Assembly: GCF_028368995.1 (NCBI RefSeq)
Contig: NZ_JAQNDL010000003.1
Span: 1,696,001-1,760,000, forward strand
DNA: 64,000 bases
Direction of reading: 5' to 3'
Source of the DNA: Nannocystis bainbridge
GTDB lineage: Bacteria > Myxococcota_A > Polyangia > Nannocystales > Nannocystaceae
Shown: one piece after another, positions 47,419 to 58,500 of the stretch
Layout: each line of letters starts with the position of its first letter
Position numbering within the stretch: position 1 is the first letter of the stretch
Translations under genes and position numbers: made by a program
Notes under the pieces: generated by a model
Told to the model about the DNA's origin: nothing
Seen by the model: the letters and a program-made list of their open reading frames with translations, nothing else
The model's database searches: none

Positions 47419-50400
47419 TCAGGTCGAGAGGAACCAGCTGCTGCCGACGACCGTGCGGACCAGCGCCGCGATCGTCGCCTTCGGGTCCGGGTCGGTCGCC
47501 AGGCGGTAGCCGGGCTCGCGCATGGCAGCGGGCAGCAGCGGGCGGGCCAGGCTGTCGAGCTGCTTCTCGACCTCGCTGGCGATCTTGCCGCGGAGCAGCC
47601 CCGCGAGCACCCCGTCCTTCTCGAGGTCGATGTGGAAGTGGGCGTCGTCGAAGCTGTAGGACACCCCGGCGAACTTGTAGTCGAGCACCGTCGCCCCGTC
47701 GATCTCGATCGGCGGGTCGGCCGTCACCAGCAGGCCGTGCTCGCTGATCCGGACCACCAGCATCGTGTCCGCCGGCAGCAGCACGCGGGCCAGCTTCGAG
47801 TCATAAAGCACGCGGCGGCCCTCGTCGTCGACCGGGAAGCGGTCGAGCACCGCCGCCACCGCCGAATAATCGGACTGCGTCGCGTTCGGCTCGATCCCCG
47901 CCAGCGACTTGCGCACCACCGCTTCGACCAGGGCATTCTCGAGCTGACCGAACTCGCCGAACTGGATCTCGCCCGACTCGAGGTGGTAGCGCGCCCCGTG
48001 GAAATCGACGCGCAGGCGCGGGCCGGGCATGTCGAGCTGCAGCCCGCGCTCGCTCGAGATCGCGGCCTCGCGGCGGTTGGCGCTGACCGTCAGCACGTCG
48101 CCCGGCGCCACGTGGACCCGCACCTGGGCGAACCCGCCGGGCAGCTGCGCCTGCAGCACCGTGATCCGCCCCGGATCCGGCTCGGGCGCCGGCGGCTGCG
48201 GCAAGATCCGCAGGCCTAGCCGCTGCGTCCACGCCGGCATCCGCGGGATCACCAGCATGCGCAGCAGATCGGCCAGCACCTGCTCCGTGCGCGGGCTGAC
48301 CGGCGACGGCTCGCGGTAGTACTTCTCCTCGATCCCCGCCACGCCGACGTGCACCGAGCCGTCGGCGAACCGGTAGGCCGTCTCGTGCAGCGTGAACGAC
48401 GGCATGTCGGCGAACGCCGCCCCGGCCAGGCGGATGCCCTCGGTCGAGCGCAGGGCCACGCCCTCGGCGTCGACGCTCAGCTCGAGCGCGCCGCCCGGGG
48501 CCGTCGTCAGCTCGATCGGACCCCACGAGCTGCTGGCGCCGAAGGCCACCAGCACGTCGTCACCGGCCTCGGTGGTGTGGCGCGCCGGCCAGAACCAGGG
48601 CAGCACGCGGGCCAGCATGCCGCGCACGACGTGGCCGAGCAGCCAGCTGTCGAGCTCGCCCGCCGCCGGCCGCGAGGTCAGCTCGAGCGTGAACGGCATC
48701 AGCGAGATCTTGGCCGCGAGGGCGTCGACGTGGATCCCCAGGTCCGGCATGCGGACCACGCAGCCCTCGCCGAAATCGAGGTGGGCCCCGTCGCGGCGCA
48801 GCTGGACCGCGAACGGGCGCTGGCGGTCGACGTGGATCGTCAGCGGACCGACGACCGGCAGCCCCAGCTCGCCGAGCGGCATCGAGGTCGGCGTCGGCGG
48901 CAGCGGCGGCGGCGGCCAGGCCTGCGGCAGGCCCAGGCGCTCGGCCAGCGCGTGCATGACGATCTTGGGCGTGAAGTGGGCGTGCAGGCGACGGACCAGC
49001 GCGTGCAGCAGCGGACCCGCCGGCGGCTGCGTCACCAGCTCGATCTGCTCGCCGTCGGGGCGCCAGCGGACCGCCTCGACCGCGAACTCGCCGATCAGCG
49101 ACTCGCCGACCGGGCGCACCTGCAGCGGCGCGGTCGCGCCGAGCACCAGCGCGCCGCTGACCCGGGCCACCGTCACCGATGCGCCCGGCGGCAGCGTCAG
49201 ATCGAAGGCGAGGCCGAGCTTCTCGCCGAGGAAGCCGGCGAGGACCTGCCGCAGCACCCAGGTCTTGCTCGGGTCGGCGTCGGGCCACAGCGGCACGACC
49301 TTGCGCAGCAGCGGCAGCGCGAACGCTTCGAGCGCGGCCACCCCGAACGCCTGCAGATAATCACCGGCCGGCGGCGTCGAGTCGATCACCAGCTCGTGCT
49401 TCGGCAGGTCGTAGCGGGCGCTGCGGAGCTCGAGCATCAGCCCGAGGTCGCGCAGGACCAGGAACAAGCCGCGCTCGCTGCGGATCGTCAGCTCGGTCGG
49501 CCCGAGCGAGCCGCCCGCGGTGTCCTGCGGGTCCATGCGCAGCTCGACGCGCCCGAGCACCGGCACCGACAGCCCGAACACCTCGACCGAGAACCGCGCC
49601 AGGCGCTCCTCGTCGAGCTTCGGCCCGCCCTCGCCGCGCATGCCGATCCACTTCGGCGCGCGCGGGGCCCCTTCCTTGCGGGCCAGGCCGGACAGCAAGG
49701 CCTGACCGAACTCGCCGAAGTTCGGGTCGCCGTCGATCTCGAGGGCGCCGTCCTCCCAGCGATAGGCGATCCGCCGCAGCTGCGTCGGCGGCACGTGCCA
49801 GGACCCCGGGAACCCTAGCGACAGCCCGCCCGGGGCGCTCAGCACCAGCGCCTCTTCGGTGTGCCGCAGCTCGACGTACTGGCCGGTCCCGGTGTGCGCG
49901 ACGATCGGCTCGCCGGCGGTCGGCTGACGCCACAGCACGTGCTGCTCGCTGCCGTGGGGCGACGGCAACACGCCGTGGTCGCGCAGCCACGCGGCCGGCA
50001 CGATCGGCGCGAGGTATTGATCGGACACGCGCTGGACCACCGCGTCGAGCAGGGGCCCGAGCGCCGGCTCGGCGCGGAACTCGACGACCGGTTTGTCGTC
50101 GCGGCCCCAGCGGAGCTGCGAGCCCACCAGCCGCAGCTCGGCGAGCTCGGGGAATTGATCGGAGTAGAGGTAGATGCCGCGCGGCGCGTCGATCCGCAGG
50201 CCCTGCTCGTCCTTGATGAAGGCGACGTCGCCGCCGCGATCGGTGGCGACCGCCAGCGAGCTGAACGGCCCCAGCGGGATCGTGAACAGCTTGCGCGTGG
50301 CCTCCGGCGGGTTGTCGGCCGAGATCCGCATGGTCGTCAGCGCGGTCGCCAGCGCCGCCTTGGTGCCCGAGAACAGGCTGGCCGCGCCGCCCTCGCCCTC

Positions 50401-51252
50401 GCGCGCGTTCGGGTGGCCGGGCGTGCCCTCGGCGCCCGCGAGCGGCTCGCCTTGCGGCAGCGCCTTGTCGTCGGCGCGCAGGTTGTGGACCAGCTCGAGC
50501 AGGTGCTCGCGGCGATCGGGATCGGCGAACAGGTCGTAACCGGGCTCGGCCATGGCCGCGGGCAGGCGCTTGCGCAGCCACTTGGTGGCCTGCCGGCCGG
50601 CGACGCGGACCAGCGCCCGCCGCACCGGACCGATCGGGGCGCTGACGACCTCGACCGTGGCGGTGGCAAAATCATAGCGGACGCGCAGCACCGAGAGGCT
50701 GAGCCCGACGGCGCGGATCAGCAGCGGCCGCGACACCGCGACCTCGATCGCGTCGCCGCGCACCTCGACGGAGAGGATCGCCAGTGGGTCCAGGCTGGCC
50801 GATACGCCGGGGAAGCGGCGGCGGAACTTCAGGTTGCTCGCGTCGGGCTGGTCGGGGAACAGCCGCTTCGCCGCCGCGTGCAGCATGCTGCCGCCGGGGG
50901 TCCAGCCGAGCGTGTGCCGCAGGACGCTACACAGCGCGACCGCGACCGCGCGCGGCACGAAGCCGCCGAGGCCGTCGCTGTCGGTCTCGACCACGCCGTC
51001 CACCAGATCGATGTAAAGCCGGCGCAGCCGCGCCGAGGGTAGCTCGACCGGACGCACCTCGAGGCCGCTCCCGAACTGCAGTTCGATGGCGTCGGCGTCG
51101 ATCTCGAGCTTGAGCGGCTGGCCGAGCCCGAGCGCGACATCGACTTCGCCGACGACGGGTACGGTCAATCGCTCGGACTCCTCGTGCGACAATACGGCGG
51201 TCACGAACTCCCTGCTCGGCTCGACCTCGTGGGTGGGCTGCGGTTGCGGCAT
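47419..51252 (-). CDS. Large hypothetical protein of ~10 tandem beta-rich modules
   Basis: Long ORF with natural composition; recurring (R/A)(Y/W)xxxxGx(V/L)E(I/L)...G-helix motif. Confidence 0.85.
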   Translation of the reverse strand: MPQPQPTHEVEPSREFVTAVLSHEESERLTVPVVGEVDVALGLGQPLKLEIDADAIELQFGSGLEVRPVELPSARLRRLYIDLVDGVVETDSDGLGGFVPRAVAVALCSVLRHTLGWTPGGSMLHAAAKRLFPDQPDASNLKFRRRFPGVSASLDPLAILSVEVRGDAIEVAVSRPLLIRAVGLSLSVLRVRYDFATATVEVVSAPIGPVRRALVRVAGRQATKWLRKRLPAAMAEPGYDLFADPDRREHLLELVHNLRADDKALPQGEPLAGAEGTPGHPNAREGEGGAASLFSGTKAALATALTTMRISADNPPEATRKLFTIPLGPFSSLAVATDRGGDVAFIKDEQGLRIDAPRGIYLYSDQFPELAELRLVGSQLRWGRDDKPVVEFRAEPALGPLLDAVVQRVSDQYLAPIVPAAWLRDHGVLPSPHGSEQHVLWRQPTAGEPIVAHTGTGQYVELRHTEEALVLSAPGGLSLGFPGSWHVPPTQLRRIAYRWEDGALEIDGDPNFGEFGQALLSGLARKEGAPRAPKWIGMRGEGGPKLDEERLARFSVEVFGLSVPVLGRVELRMDPQDTAGGSLGPTELTIRSERGLFLVLRDLGLMLELRSARYDLPKHELVIDSTPPAGDYLQAFGVAALEAFALPLLRKVVPLWPDADPSKTWVLRQVLAGFLGEKLGLAFDLTLPPGASVTVARVSGALVLGATAPLQVRPVGESLIGEFAVEAVRWRPDGEQIELVTQPPAGPLLHALVRRLHAHFTPKIVMHALAERLGLPQAWPPPPLPPTPTSMPLGELGLPVVGPLTIHVDRQRPFAVQLRRDGAHLDFGEGCVVRMPDLGIHVDALAAKISLMPFTLELTSRPAAGELDSWLLGHVVRGMLARVLPWFWPARHTTEAGDDVLVAFGASSSWGPIELTTAPGGALELSVDAEGVALRSTEGIRLAGAAFADMPSFTLHETAYRFADGSVHVGVAGIEEKYYREPSPVSPRTEQVLADLLRMLVIPRMPAWTQRLGLRILPQPPAPEPDPGRITVLQAQLPGGFAQVRVHVAPGDVLTVSANRREAAISSERGLQLDMPGPRLRVDFHGARYHLESGEIQFGEFGQLENALVEAVVRKSLAGIEPNATQSDYSAVAAVLDRFPVDDEGRRVLYDSKLARVLLPADTMLVVRISEHGLLVTADPPIEIDGATVLDYKFAGVSYSFDDAHFHIDLEKDGVLAGLLRGKIASEVEKQLDSLARPLLPAAMREPGYRLATDPDPKATIAALVRTVVGSSWFLST

Positions 51253-51521
51253 GGCCACGATGTAGTCGGCAATGTCGACCGCGCTCGTGTCAAAGGCCAC
51301 GTCGCGCCACGAGCGACGCCAGACCGCTTTCACCGCGTCCGGCCGGCCGGCGCCGCCAGGGTGTCGCAAGCTGCGCAGCGCCTCGCCTGCGGAGGTCCGA
51401 TCGCCCTGGCGGCGGCTCGCTTGCGAAGCCGCAAGGATCGGCAATGCTTGCCCGGCGGACCCTCCGCCGGACCGCCCCGCAGACGATCGGCCGCCGCCAC
51501 GGCGACCTGGGCAGCACGCGC

Positions 51522-52487
51522 CTACGACTCGCTCGCGAGCGCTTCCAGGAGCTGCCTCGCTTCCTCGCGCACGTCGGGATCCGGGTCCGCGAGGAATGCC
51601 CGCATCCGCTCGCCGCCATCGGCCGGGTGCCGCCGGGACAGGCCCTGAAGCACGGCGAGGCGGATGTTGGCCGCTTCATCGCCGCGCAACGACCACAGCA
51701 GCTCCAGCGCCCGTGGATGCCGGTTTTCGCCGAGCCCGCGCACGAGCTCGTAGGTGCGGTACATCGGTTCGGCGAGCGCCTGGCCGAGAGCCTCCACCGC
51801 CTCGTCCGTCGCGTGGGGACAGAGCCGCTTCAGCGCCACGAACGACCGCTCCCCGCGGCCCTGCAGCAGCCGCACATAATAAGCGACCACGCGATCGTCT
51901 TCGATCGTGGCGAGCGCCTGGTCGGCCTCTCGCCACGCGGTGTCGTCGGCGGCCAGCATTCGCCCGCCCCATTCGTCGATGATCGCACCCCGCTCGGCCG
52001 GCGAGGAGGGACGGACCTCGAGTTTCGTCGCGACCTGCACGCGCACCTCCGCCGCGGACTCGCGCATACTCGCCGCGGACCACGGCTCCTCGGCGCATCG
52101 CAGCTGCTTGTCGACCGCGATCCGATAGGCGCCGGCGGCGTCGAAGCGGACCCAATGGGCGAGCAACAAACGCCTCCGGAACGGCCTGTCGGCTGAAATA
52201 CGCCGGCCGCCGACGACACCTCCCAGTTGCGGGCCGGCGTCGCGAATCGGAAGACTGCGCCCTCGCTCCACGTCGGTCGCAGTCAGCGCGTAGCTCTCGG
52301 GCCGTCCCAGGTGGTTGCGGTAGTCGCCGCCCTCGATGAGGATGAGTGATTCACCGCGGACGAGCCGCACCTGCAACGAGAGATAGACGGGCTCGTCTTG
52401 CAAGATCTGCCGCCGGTCGGGTTCGAGCGAAACGGCGAGCTCGCGCCCGAGAGCCTCCACGCGCGTCACCGATTCGCCGGGCGTCAT
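51522..52487 (-). CDS. HEAT-repeat-containing protein
   Basis: Ig-like N-terminal part; C-terminal helical repeats (LRGDEAANIR, LADPDPDVREEA). Confidence 0.75.
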   Translation of the reverse strand: MTPGESVTRVEALGRELAVSLEPDRRQILQDEPVYLSLQVRLVRGESLILIEGGDYRNHLGRPESYALTATDVERGRSLPIRDAGPQLGGVVGGRRISADRPFRRRLLLAHWVRFDAAGAYRIAVDKQLRCAEEPWSAASMRESAAEVRVQVATKLEVRPSSPAERGAIIDEWGGRMLAADDTAWREADQALATIEDDRVVAYYVRLLQGRGERSFVALKRLCPHATDEAVEALGQALAEPMYRTYELVRGLGENRHPRALELLWSLRGDEAANIRLAVLQGLSRRHPADGGERMRAFLADPDPDVREEARQLLEALASES

Positions 52488-52533
52488 GCGCCCCGAGGAT
52501 GGCAGACTCGCGAGGCAGCGTCGACCTTCGGAC

Positions 52534-52751
52534 GGCCCGTCGCCGGCCAGGGGCAACAAACCACCGCCTGGCGTCCGCTCGTCGCTCTCGGAGAATCGGG
52601 CCGTTAGGGTCCATCGGCGAGTCGTCGCTCCCGGATCGAGGCCCGTCACCCGCCAGGGGGCAACGAACCATCGCCCGGCGTCGACGCGTCGATCGCGGAG
52701 AACTCGATCAGGTCGGTAGGGCCGATCGGCGAGTCGTCGCTCCCGGCTCGA
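52534..52751. repeat. Imperfect tandem duplication, ~106-112 bp x2
   Basis: Units start GGCCCGTC at 52534 and 52640; both contain GGGGCAAC, GGAGAA and ATCGGCGAGTCGTCGCTCCCGG. Confidence 0.8.
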
Positions 52752-52776
52752 AAACGAAGATCCCAAAAAACATAAA

Positions 52777-52794
52777 TGTCTCTTGGGACAGGTC
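52777..52794. repeat. TGTC-N6-GACA unit
   Basis: TGTC TCTTGG GACA GGTC in an AT-rich patch. Confidence 0.7.
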
Positions 52795-52887
52795 GAACAT
52801 GCGCCGCGCCCCCGGTCACGACCGAACCTGCGTCGTCTGGACGCACCCGCGGTGGGAAGCCGGCCGCGAGGGTGATACATCCTGCAC

Positions 52888-53637
52888 GTGGTCGCCACCC
52901 TCCTGCACCTCCCCATCTCGCCGTGGTCCGAGCGGGCCCGGTGGGTCCTCGACCATCACGGCTTCGCGCATACCCGGGTCGAGCATGTCCCGGTGATCGG
53001 CGAGCGCAAGCTCCGGCGGCTGGTCGGGCGCCGCGACGGGCCGGCGACCGTGCCGGTGCTTATCGACGGCGACCTGGTGATCGCGGACTCGTGGGAGATC
53101 GCGCGTCACGTCGAGCGGCTCGGTTCGGGGGCGCCGCTGCTGCCCGAGGGCCGGCTCGACGAGGTCCGCCGCTGGACCGCCGTCGCCGACGCGGCCATGC
53201 AGAGCGGGCGAGCGATGGCCATCGCGGCCATGCTGCGCGACCCCGCGGCGCTCGACGCCTCGATGCCGCCGCCGATGCCCGGCTGGGTCCGGCGCCTGCT
53301 CCGGCCGGTCAATCGTCAGGCCATGCAATGGTTCGCGCGCAAGTACGGCCTCTCGCTCGCGGACCTGGCCCCCCACGCGGCCCAGCAGCGCGAGGGCCTC
53401 GAAGCCGTGCGGGCCGGGCTCGCCGCCAGCTCGCCCTACTTGCTCGGCAGCTTCAGCTACGCCGACATCGCCGCTGCGACCCTGCTGCAGGGCGTGCAGC
53501 CGGTCGCCGACGACCTCGTCCCCTTCGACCCTGCGACCCGCGCCGCGTGGACGCAGCCCGCGCTGGTCCGCGAATACGCCGACCTGCTGAGCTGGCGCGA
53601 CGAGCTCTATAAAAAGCATCGCCGGCGCTCGACCTGA
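52888..53637 (+). CDS. Glutathione S-transferase family protein
   Basis: SPWSERARWVL, TVPVLIDG, DSWEIA, YLLGSFSYADI. Confidence 0.9.
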   Translation: MVATLLHLPISPWSERARWVLDHHGFAHTRVEHVPVIGERKLRRLVGRRDGPATVPVLIDGDLVIADSWEIARHVERLGSGAPLLPEGRLDEVRRWTAVADAAMQSGRAMAIAAMLRDPAALDASMPPPMPGWVRRLLRPVNRQAMQWFARKYGLSLADLAPHAAQQREGLEAVRAGLAASSPYLLGSFSYADIAAATLLQGVQPVADDLVPFDPATRAAWTQPALVREYADLLSWRDELYKKHRRRST

Positions 53638-53939
53638 GCCGGCCGAGAAAATCCCAACACTCGAGCGAGCCCCTCGAATCACCGCCGCCGCCGATCATCG
53701 CCCCTCGGCCACGCTTCGGCTGCGAATCTACCAATTCTCGCTAGCCCGCCCCGCTCAGCGAATCGCCTCACTTCCGCGAGCCCTGAGTTCGCCCGGCGCA
53801 GCAATCATCACACCTCGGTGCGCGCCGAACCACTCCACGAAGCCGCATACGCGCCAATCACAAGACACCCGCGAGCCTGCCGGACGCGCCGATCGCTCCA
53901 CTTCCGCGGACCCGCCCAGCCCGACGAATCATCCCACTC

Positions 53940-55178
53940 TCAGCGAGCCCGCCGAGACTTCCCGCGCTTGCTTTTGGGCGCTGCCGCCTCGAGCTCGCTC
54001 GCCGCGGCCGTCCGCGCCTCCTCGGCCTCCTCGGCCTGCGAGCGCGCCGCCTCGGCTACGCGCTCCGCCTTGTCCGCGCGTTGCCTCGCCGCCTCGGCCG
54101 CGCGTTCGGCCGTTCGCGCCGCGCGTTCGGCCGCTCGCGCCGCCGTCTCGGCGCGCTTCGCCTGCTGCGCCTGACGCTTCGCCTCTCGCGTCGCCTTCTC
54201 GAGCGCGCTGCGCAGGGTCTCCAGCGCCTTGCGCTCGGCTTGCTCACTGCGCCGGCGCTCCGCCTGCTCGGCCTTCTCGCGCCGGCGCTGTTCGGCGCTC
54301 TCGGCCGCGCGCCCCGCCTTCTCCGCCGCCCGTGCCGCCTTCTCCGCTGACCGGTCGACGCGACGGGCCGGCGGCTTCGCCCGCCCGCGCTTCGTCCCGG
54401 CCTTCGCCCCGCGCTTCCCTCGCGCCGGCTTCGCGACCTCCTCGTCCTCTTCCTCCGCGCGCTCCGCCTTCGCCCCACGCTTCCCTCGCGCCGGCTTCGC
54501 TTCCTCCTCGTCCTCCTCTTCCTCCGCTCGCTCCGCCTCCGCCCCACGCTTCCCTCGCGCCGGCTTCGCTACCTCCTCGTCCTCCTCTTCCTCCGCTCGC
54601 TCCGCCTTCGCCCCACGCTTCCCTCGCGCCGGCTCCGCTTCCTCCTCGCGCACCGCCCCGCCGGCGCGCGCCTCCAGCATCTGCATCACGTCCGCGACAT
54701 CGGCCGGCTCGAGCTCGGTCGCCAGCGTCCCGCGGCGCAGCAGCTCGCGTTCGTGCTCGCTGGCCGTCGGCGCCGATTGCAGGGTGATGCGAATGCTGTC
54801 GAGGTGGTCGCCGGGCGTGCGCACGCCCGCCTCTGCCAGCACGTTGATCGCCCGCTGCAGCAGCTCCCACACCACGTCGTGGTGCGCCTGCATCGCCGCG
54901 CGCAGCCCCGCGGCCCCGTGGGCCTCGCGCAGGCGTTCGCCGGCGCGCAGCAGCGCCTCCATGCGCGCCGGTTCGCGGCGGGCCAGTTGATTGACCGTCC
55001 ACACCGCCGTGCTCGGCTTGCGCAGCGCCTTGACCCGCGTCGCCCCGGCGCTGTCACCCGCCGCACGCAGTTGTTTGGCCAGCGCGTCGCGTTCGGCGGT
55101 GAACTCGTCCAGCGGCGCGGCGTACAGCGCCTCGAGCCCGGCCGTCGCCTCGTCGTCGCTGTTCGCCCGCCGCGCCAT
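53940..55178 (-). CDS. Hypothetical protein with helical N-domain and charged repeat/coiled-coil tail
   Basis: LYAAPLDEFTAERDALAK...LRKPSTAVWTVNQLAR; 23-aa repeats KPARGKRGAKAERAEEEEDEEVA. Confidence 0.8.
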   Translation of the reverse strand: MARRANSDDEATAGLEALYAAPLDEFTAERDALAKQLRAAGDSAGATRVKALRKPSTAVWTVNQLARREPARMEALLRAGERLREAHGAAGLRAAMQAHHDVVWELLQRAINVLAEAGVRTPGDHLDSIRITLQSAPTASEHERELLRRGTLATELEPADVADVMQMLEARAGGAVREEEAEPARGKRGAKAERAEEEEDEEVAKPARGKRGAEAERAEEEEDEEEAKPARGKRGAKAERAEEEDEEVAKPARGKRGAKAGTKRGRAKPPARRVDRSAEKAARAAEKAGRAAESAEQRRREKAEQAERRRSEQAERKALETLRSALEKATREAKRQAQQAKRAETAARAAERAARTAERAAEAARQRADKAERVAEAARSQAEEAEEARTAAASELEAAAPKSKRGKSRRAR

Positions 55179-55542
55179 GGCCCCGTTCTCGTGACAAACA
55201 CAGGGCCCCCGCGCCAGCCCCCGGGCGCTCGCTACGCCGCAGCGCCGGCCTCCACGCGCGCACGAGCGAGCGGCGGAGCCCGCGCAGCCCCCTCTCGAAA
55301 ATCCACGGCTTCGATCCCTCTACCGCGGCCCGCGAGCTCCGAGATCCGCCAGTTCACTGTCGCTATCCCGCGGCCATCACCGTCAAGCTCGCCCGGAGTG
55401 GTGGACACACCGCTTCGGGCGCGCACTCGGAGCCCCCGACTCCGCCGACCCACTGCCACCATTCCGGCGACTCACCCGGGCCCCTCTCGCATGATTCGCC
55501 CACCGAGCTGCCCCGCGCAGCTCCCCCCATTCAAAACTGTCG

Positions 55543-58500
55543 CTATTTCCCGGGCGACGACTCTGCCAGCAGCTTCTTCAGCTCGGCCATCGGCACCGGC
55601 TTGACCAGGTGCAGGTCGCAGCCGGCGGCCTTGGAGCGCGCGCGGTCGCTGTCCTGGCCCCAGCCGGTCAGGGCGATGATGCGAATCGCCTCGCCGCCCG
55701 GTTGCTGGCGGATCTGCCGGGTCGCGTCGTAGCCGTTCAGGCGCGGCATCCCCATGTCCATCAGGATCACCTCGGGCTGGAACGTCTGCGCCGCCGCCAC
55801 CGCTACCAGCCCGTCGTGCGCCGTCTCGACCTGGTGACCGAGCAGCCGCAGCATCATCGCCATCGTCAGCGCCGAGTCCTCGTTGTCGTCGACCACCAGC
55901 ACCCGTCGGCCGCCGCCTGCGCGCTCGCTGCCGGCTTGCCGCGGGCTCGCCGGCTGCGGCTGCGGCTCGGACACCGGCAACTTCACCGTGAACGTGCTGC
56001 CTCGCCCTGGCCCCGGGCTGTCGGCCGTCACCGCCCCGCCGTGCATCTCGACCAGCCCCTTCACCAGCGCCAGCCCGATCCCCAGGCCCCCGTTCGAGCG
56101 CTCGATCGAGCGATCGATCTGCGAGAACATGTCGAAGATGCTCGTCAGCGCCGCCTGAGGGATCCCGATCCCGTCGTCGCGGACCGCCACCCGCACCTCG
56201 CCCTCGCCGCGCTCGGCCGTCAGGCTGATCTTTCCGCCCGGCGGCGTGTACTTGGCGCTGTTCGTCAGCAGGTTGCTGAACACCTGCGCCAGCCGGGTCA
56301 GGTCGGCGTCGAGCGCCACCGGTCGCGGCGGCAGCGAGACCTCGAGCGTGTGGCGGGCCGCGTCGATGAACGGCCGCGCCGTCTCGATCGCCGCGTTGAC
56401 CACGTCGGCCAGCATCACCCGGCCGCGCCGCAGCTCCATCTTGTTGCGGCTGATCCGCGACACGTCGAGCAGGTCGTCGATGAGCCGGACCATGTGCCCC
56501 AGCTGGCGGTCCATCACCGCCTGCGAGTGCTCCTGGACCGCCGGGTCGTCGGTCAGGCGCAGCGCCTCGAGGCCGTTGCGGATCGGCGCCAGCGGGTTGC
56601 GCAGCTCGTGGGCCAGCAGCGCCAGGAACTCGTCCTTGCGCCGGTCCTGCTCGCGCAGCGCCGCGTTGAGGCGGGCGTTCTCGATCGCCACCGAGGTGAT
56701 GTGCGCCAGCTGGACCAGCATCACCTCGTCGCTGTCGCCGAACCCGCCGTCGCGGTCGTCCCACAGCTGGACCAGCCCGAGGTTGTCGCCCTGGCGGTCG
56801 ACGAACGGGGCCGCCAGCCAGCGCCGCGGCCCCCCGCTGCCGCTCGCCGGGCCCTCGGCGGCCAGCCGCAGCGGCCGCTGGCTGCGGCTCACCAGGTCGA
56901 CCAGCACCCCGACGCCCGCGGGCGCCCCGTACTCGCGCCGCACGCCCTCGCCGGTGCTCGTCACCGCCAGCGGGCCGGCCGACTCGTCGCCGCCGCCGTG
57001 CAGGCTCGAGCAGGCGTGACTGGCCCCGATGATCCGCCGCGCCTCCGCGGCCACGGTCTCGAGCACGCTCTCGAGCGACTGCACCGAGTGGATCGCCAGC
57101 GACGCGTCGGCGACCTGGCGCAGCATGTGGCCTTGCTCGCGCTCGCGCTCGAACGCGAGGGCCAGCCGCTGCTCGTCGTGCTTGCGCTCGGTGATGTCGA
57201 CGGTCACCCCGTCGAAGCGGATCGGCGTGCCGTCGCTGCCGCAAACCGTGCCGCCGAGCGCGCGGATCCACTTGATCGCGCCCGAGGCGGGGTCGACCGT
57301 GCGGTAGTCGATGTCGTAGGGCCCGAGGTCGCCGATCGACGCCTCGATCGACGCGCGCGTGCGCTCGCGGTCCTCGGGGTGGATCTTCTCGTAGAACATG
57401 CCGATCGTGACGCGGGCCGTCGGCGGCAACCAGAAGTGCTCCTTGACCCGCGCGTCCCACTGCAGCTCGTCGAACGGCAGGTCGCAGTACCAGAAGCCGA
57501 CGCCCGACAGGCGCACCGCGAAATCGAGGCGCGCGCGGCTGTCGGCCAGGGCCCGCTCGGCGACCGCCCGCTGGGTCACGTCGCGGCTGACCGCCAGGTG
57601 GTGCCAGCCGCCGTCGGGCGCCGGCAGCGGCACCGCCGTGCTCTCCATGTGCCGCCGCGTGCCGGCGAGGCCGACGATGTCGAACGAGAGGTGACCCGGT
57701 TCGCCGCGGCACACCCGGTCGTTGAAGGCGCGGAAGGCCTCGCGGTCCTCGGGCGCGATCACGTCGTAGATGGAGCGGCCATGCACCACCGCCTCGTCGG
57801 CCTCGACCATGCGCATGCCCGACGGGTTCATCTGCAGCAGCGTGCCGTCGGGCCCGAGCAGCTTGACGCACTCCGGCGTGGCCTCGACGATCGCCCGGTA
57901 GCGGGCCTCGCTGTCACGCAGCCGCCGGGCCGCGCGAGTCCGCTCGAGCGCCTCCCAGCAGCGGTCGGCGACCGTGCGCAGCAGCGTGATCTCGTCCTCC
58001 TGCCAGCGCCGCGGGTCCCGGGCGTGCAGCGCCATCGTGGCGATGAACTGGCCTTGCTTGTGCAACGGCACGCACACCCCGGCGCCGATGCGCGCGGCGC
58101 GGTAGGCCGTGAGGTCGGTGCCGACGCGCGGGTCGTGCTCGACGTCGTCGATCACGAACGGCTCGTGGGCCTGCATCACCGCCTGCAACTTCGGCCCGAA
58201 CCCGGCCGCCGGCCAGCGCCCGACCATGCTCGGCACGCCGCGCGTGTAATCGCCGAGGATCACGAACGCCGGCTCCTCGCCCTCGGCGTCGAACTCGGCG
58301 TAGGCGCAGCGGTCGACGCCGACGTACTCGCCCAGCAGGCGGGCCGTGACCGTCAGGACCTCGTCGGGCTCGGTCAGCGGCTGGGTCGCGGCCGCGAGCT
58401 CGGCGAGGAACCGGTGGCGGCCCTCGCTGGCCCGCAGCGCCGCCTCGGCCCGCTTCTGCGCCGTGATGTCGCGGGCGATCTTCGACGCGCCGATGATCCG

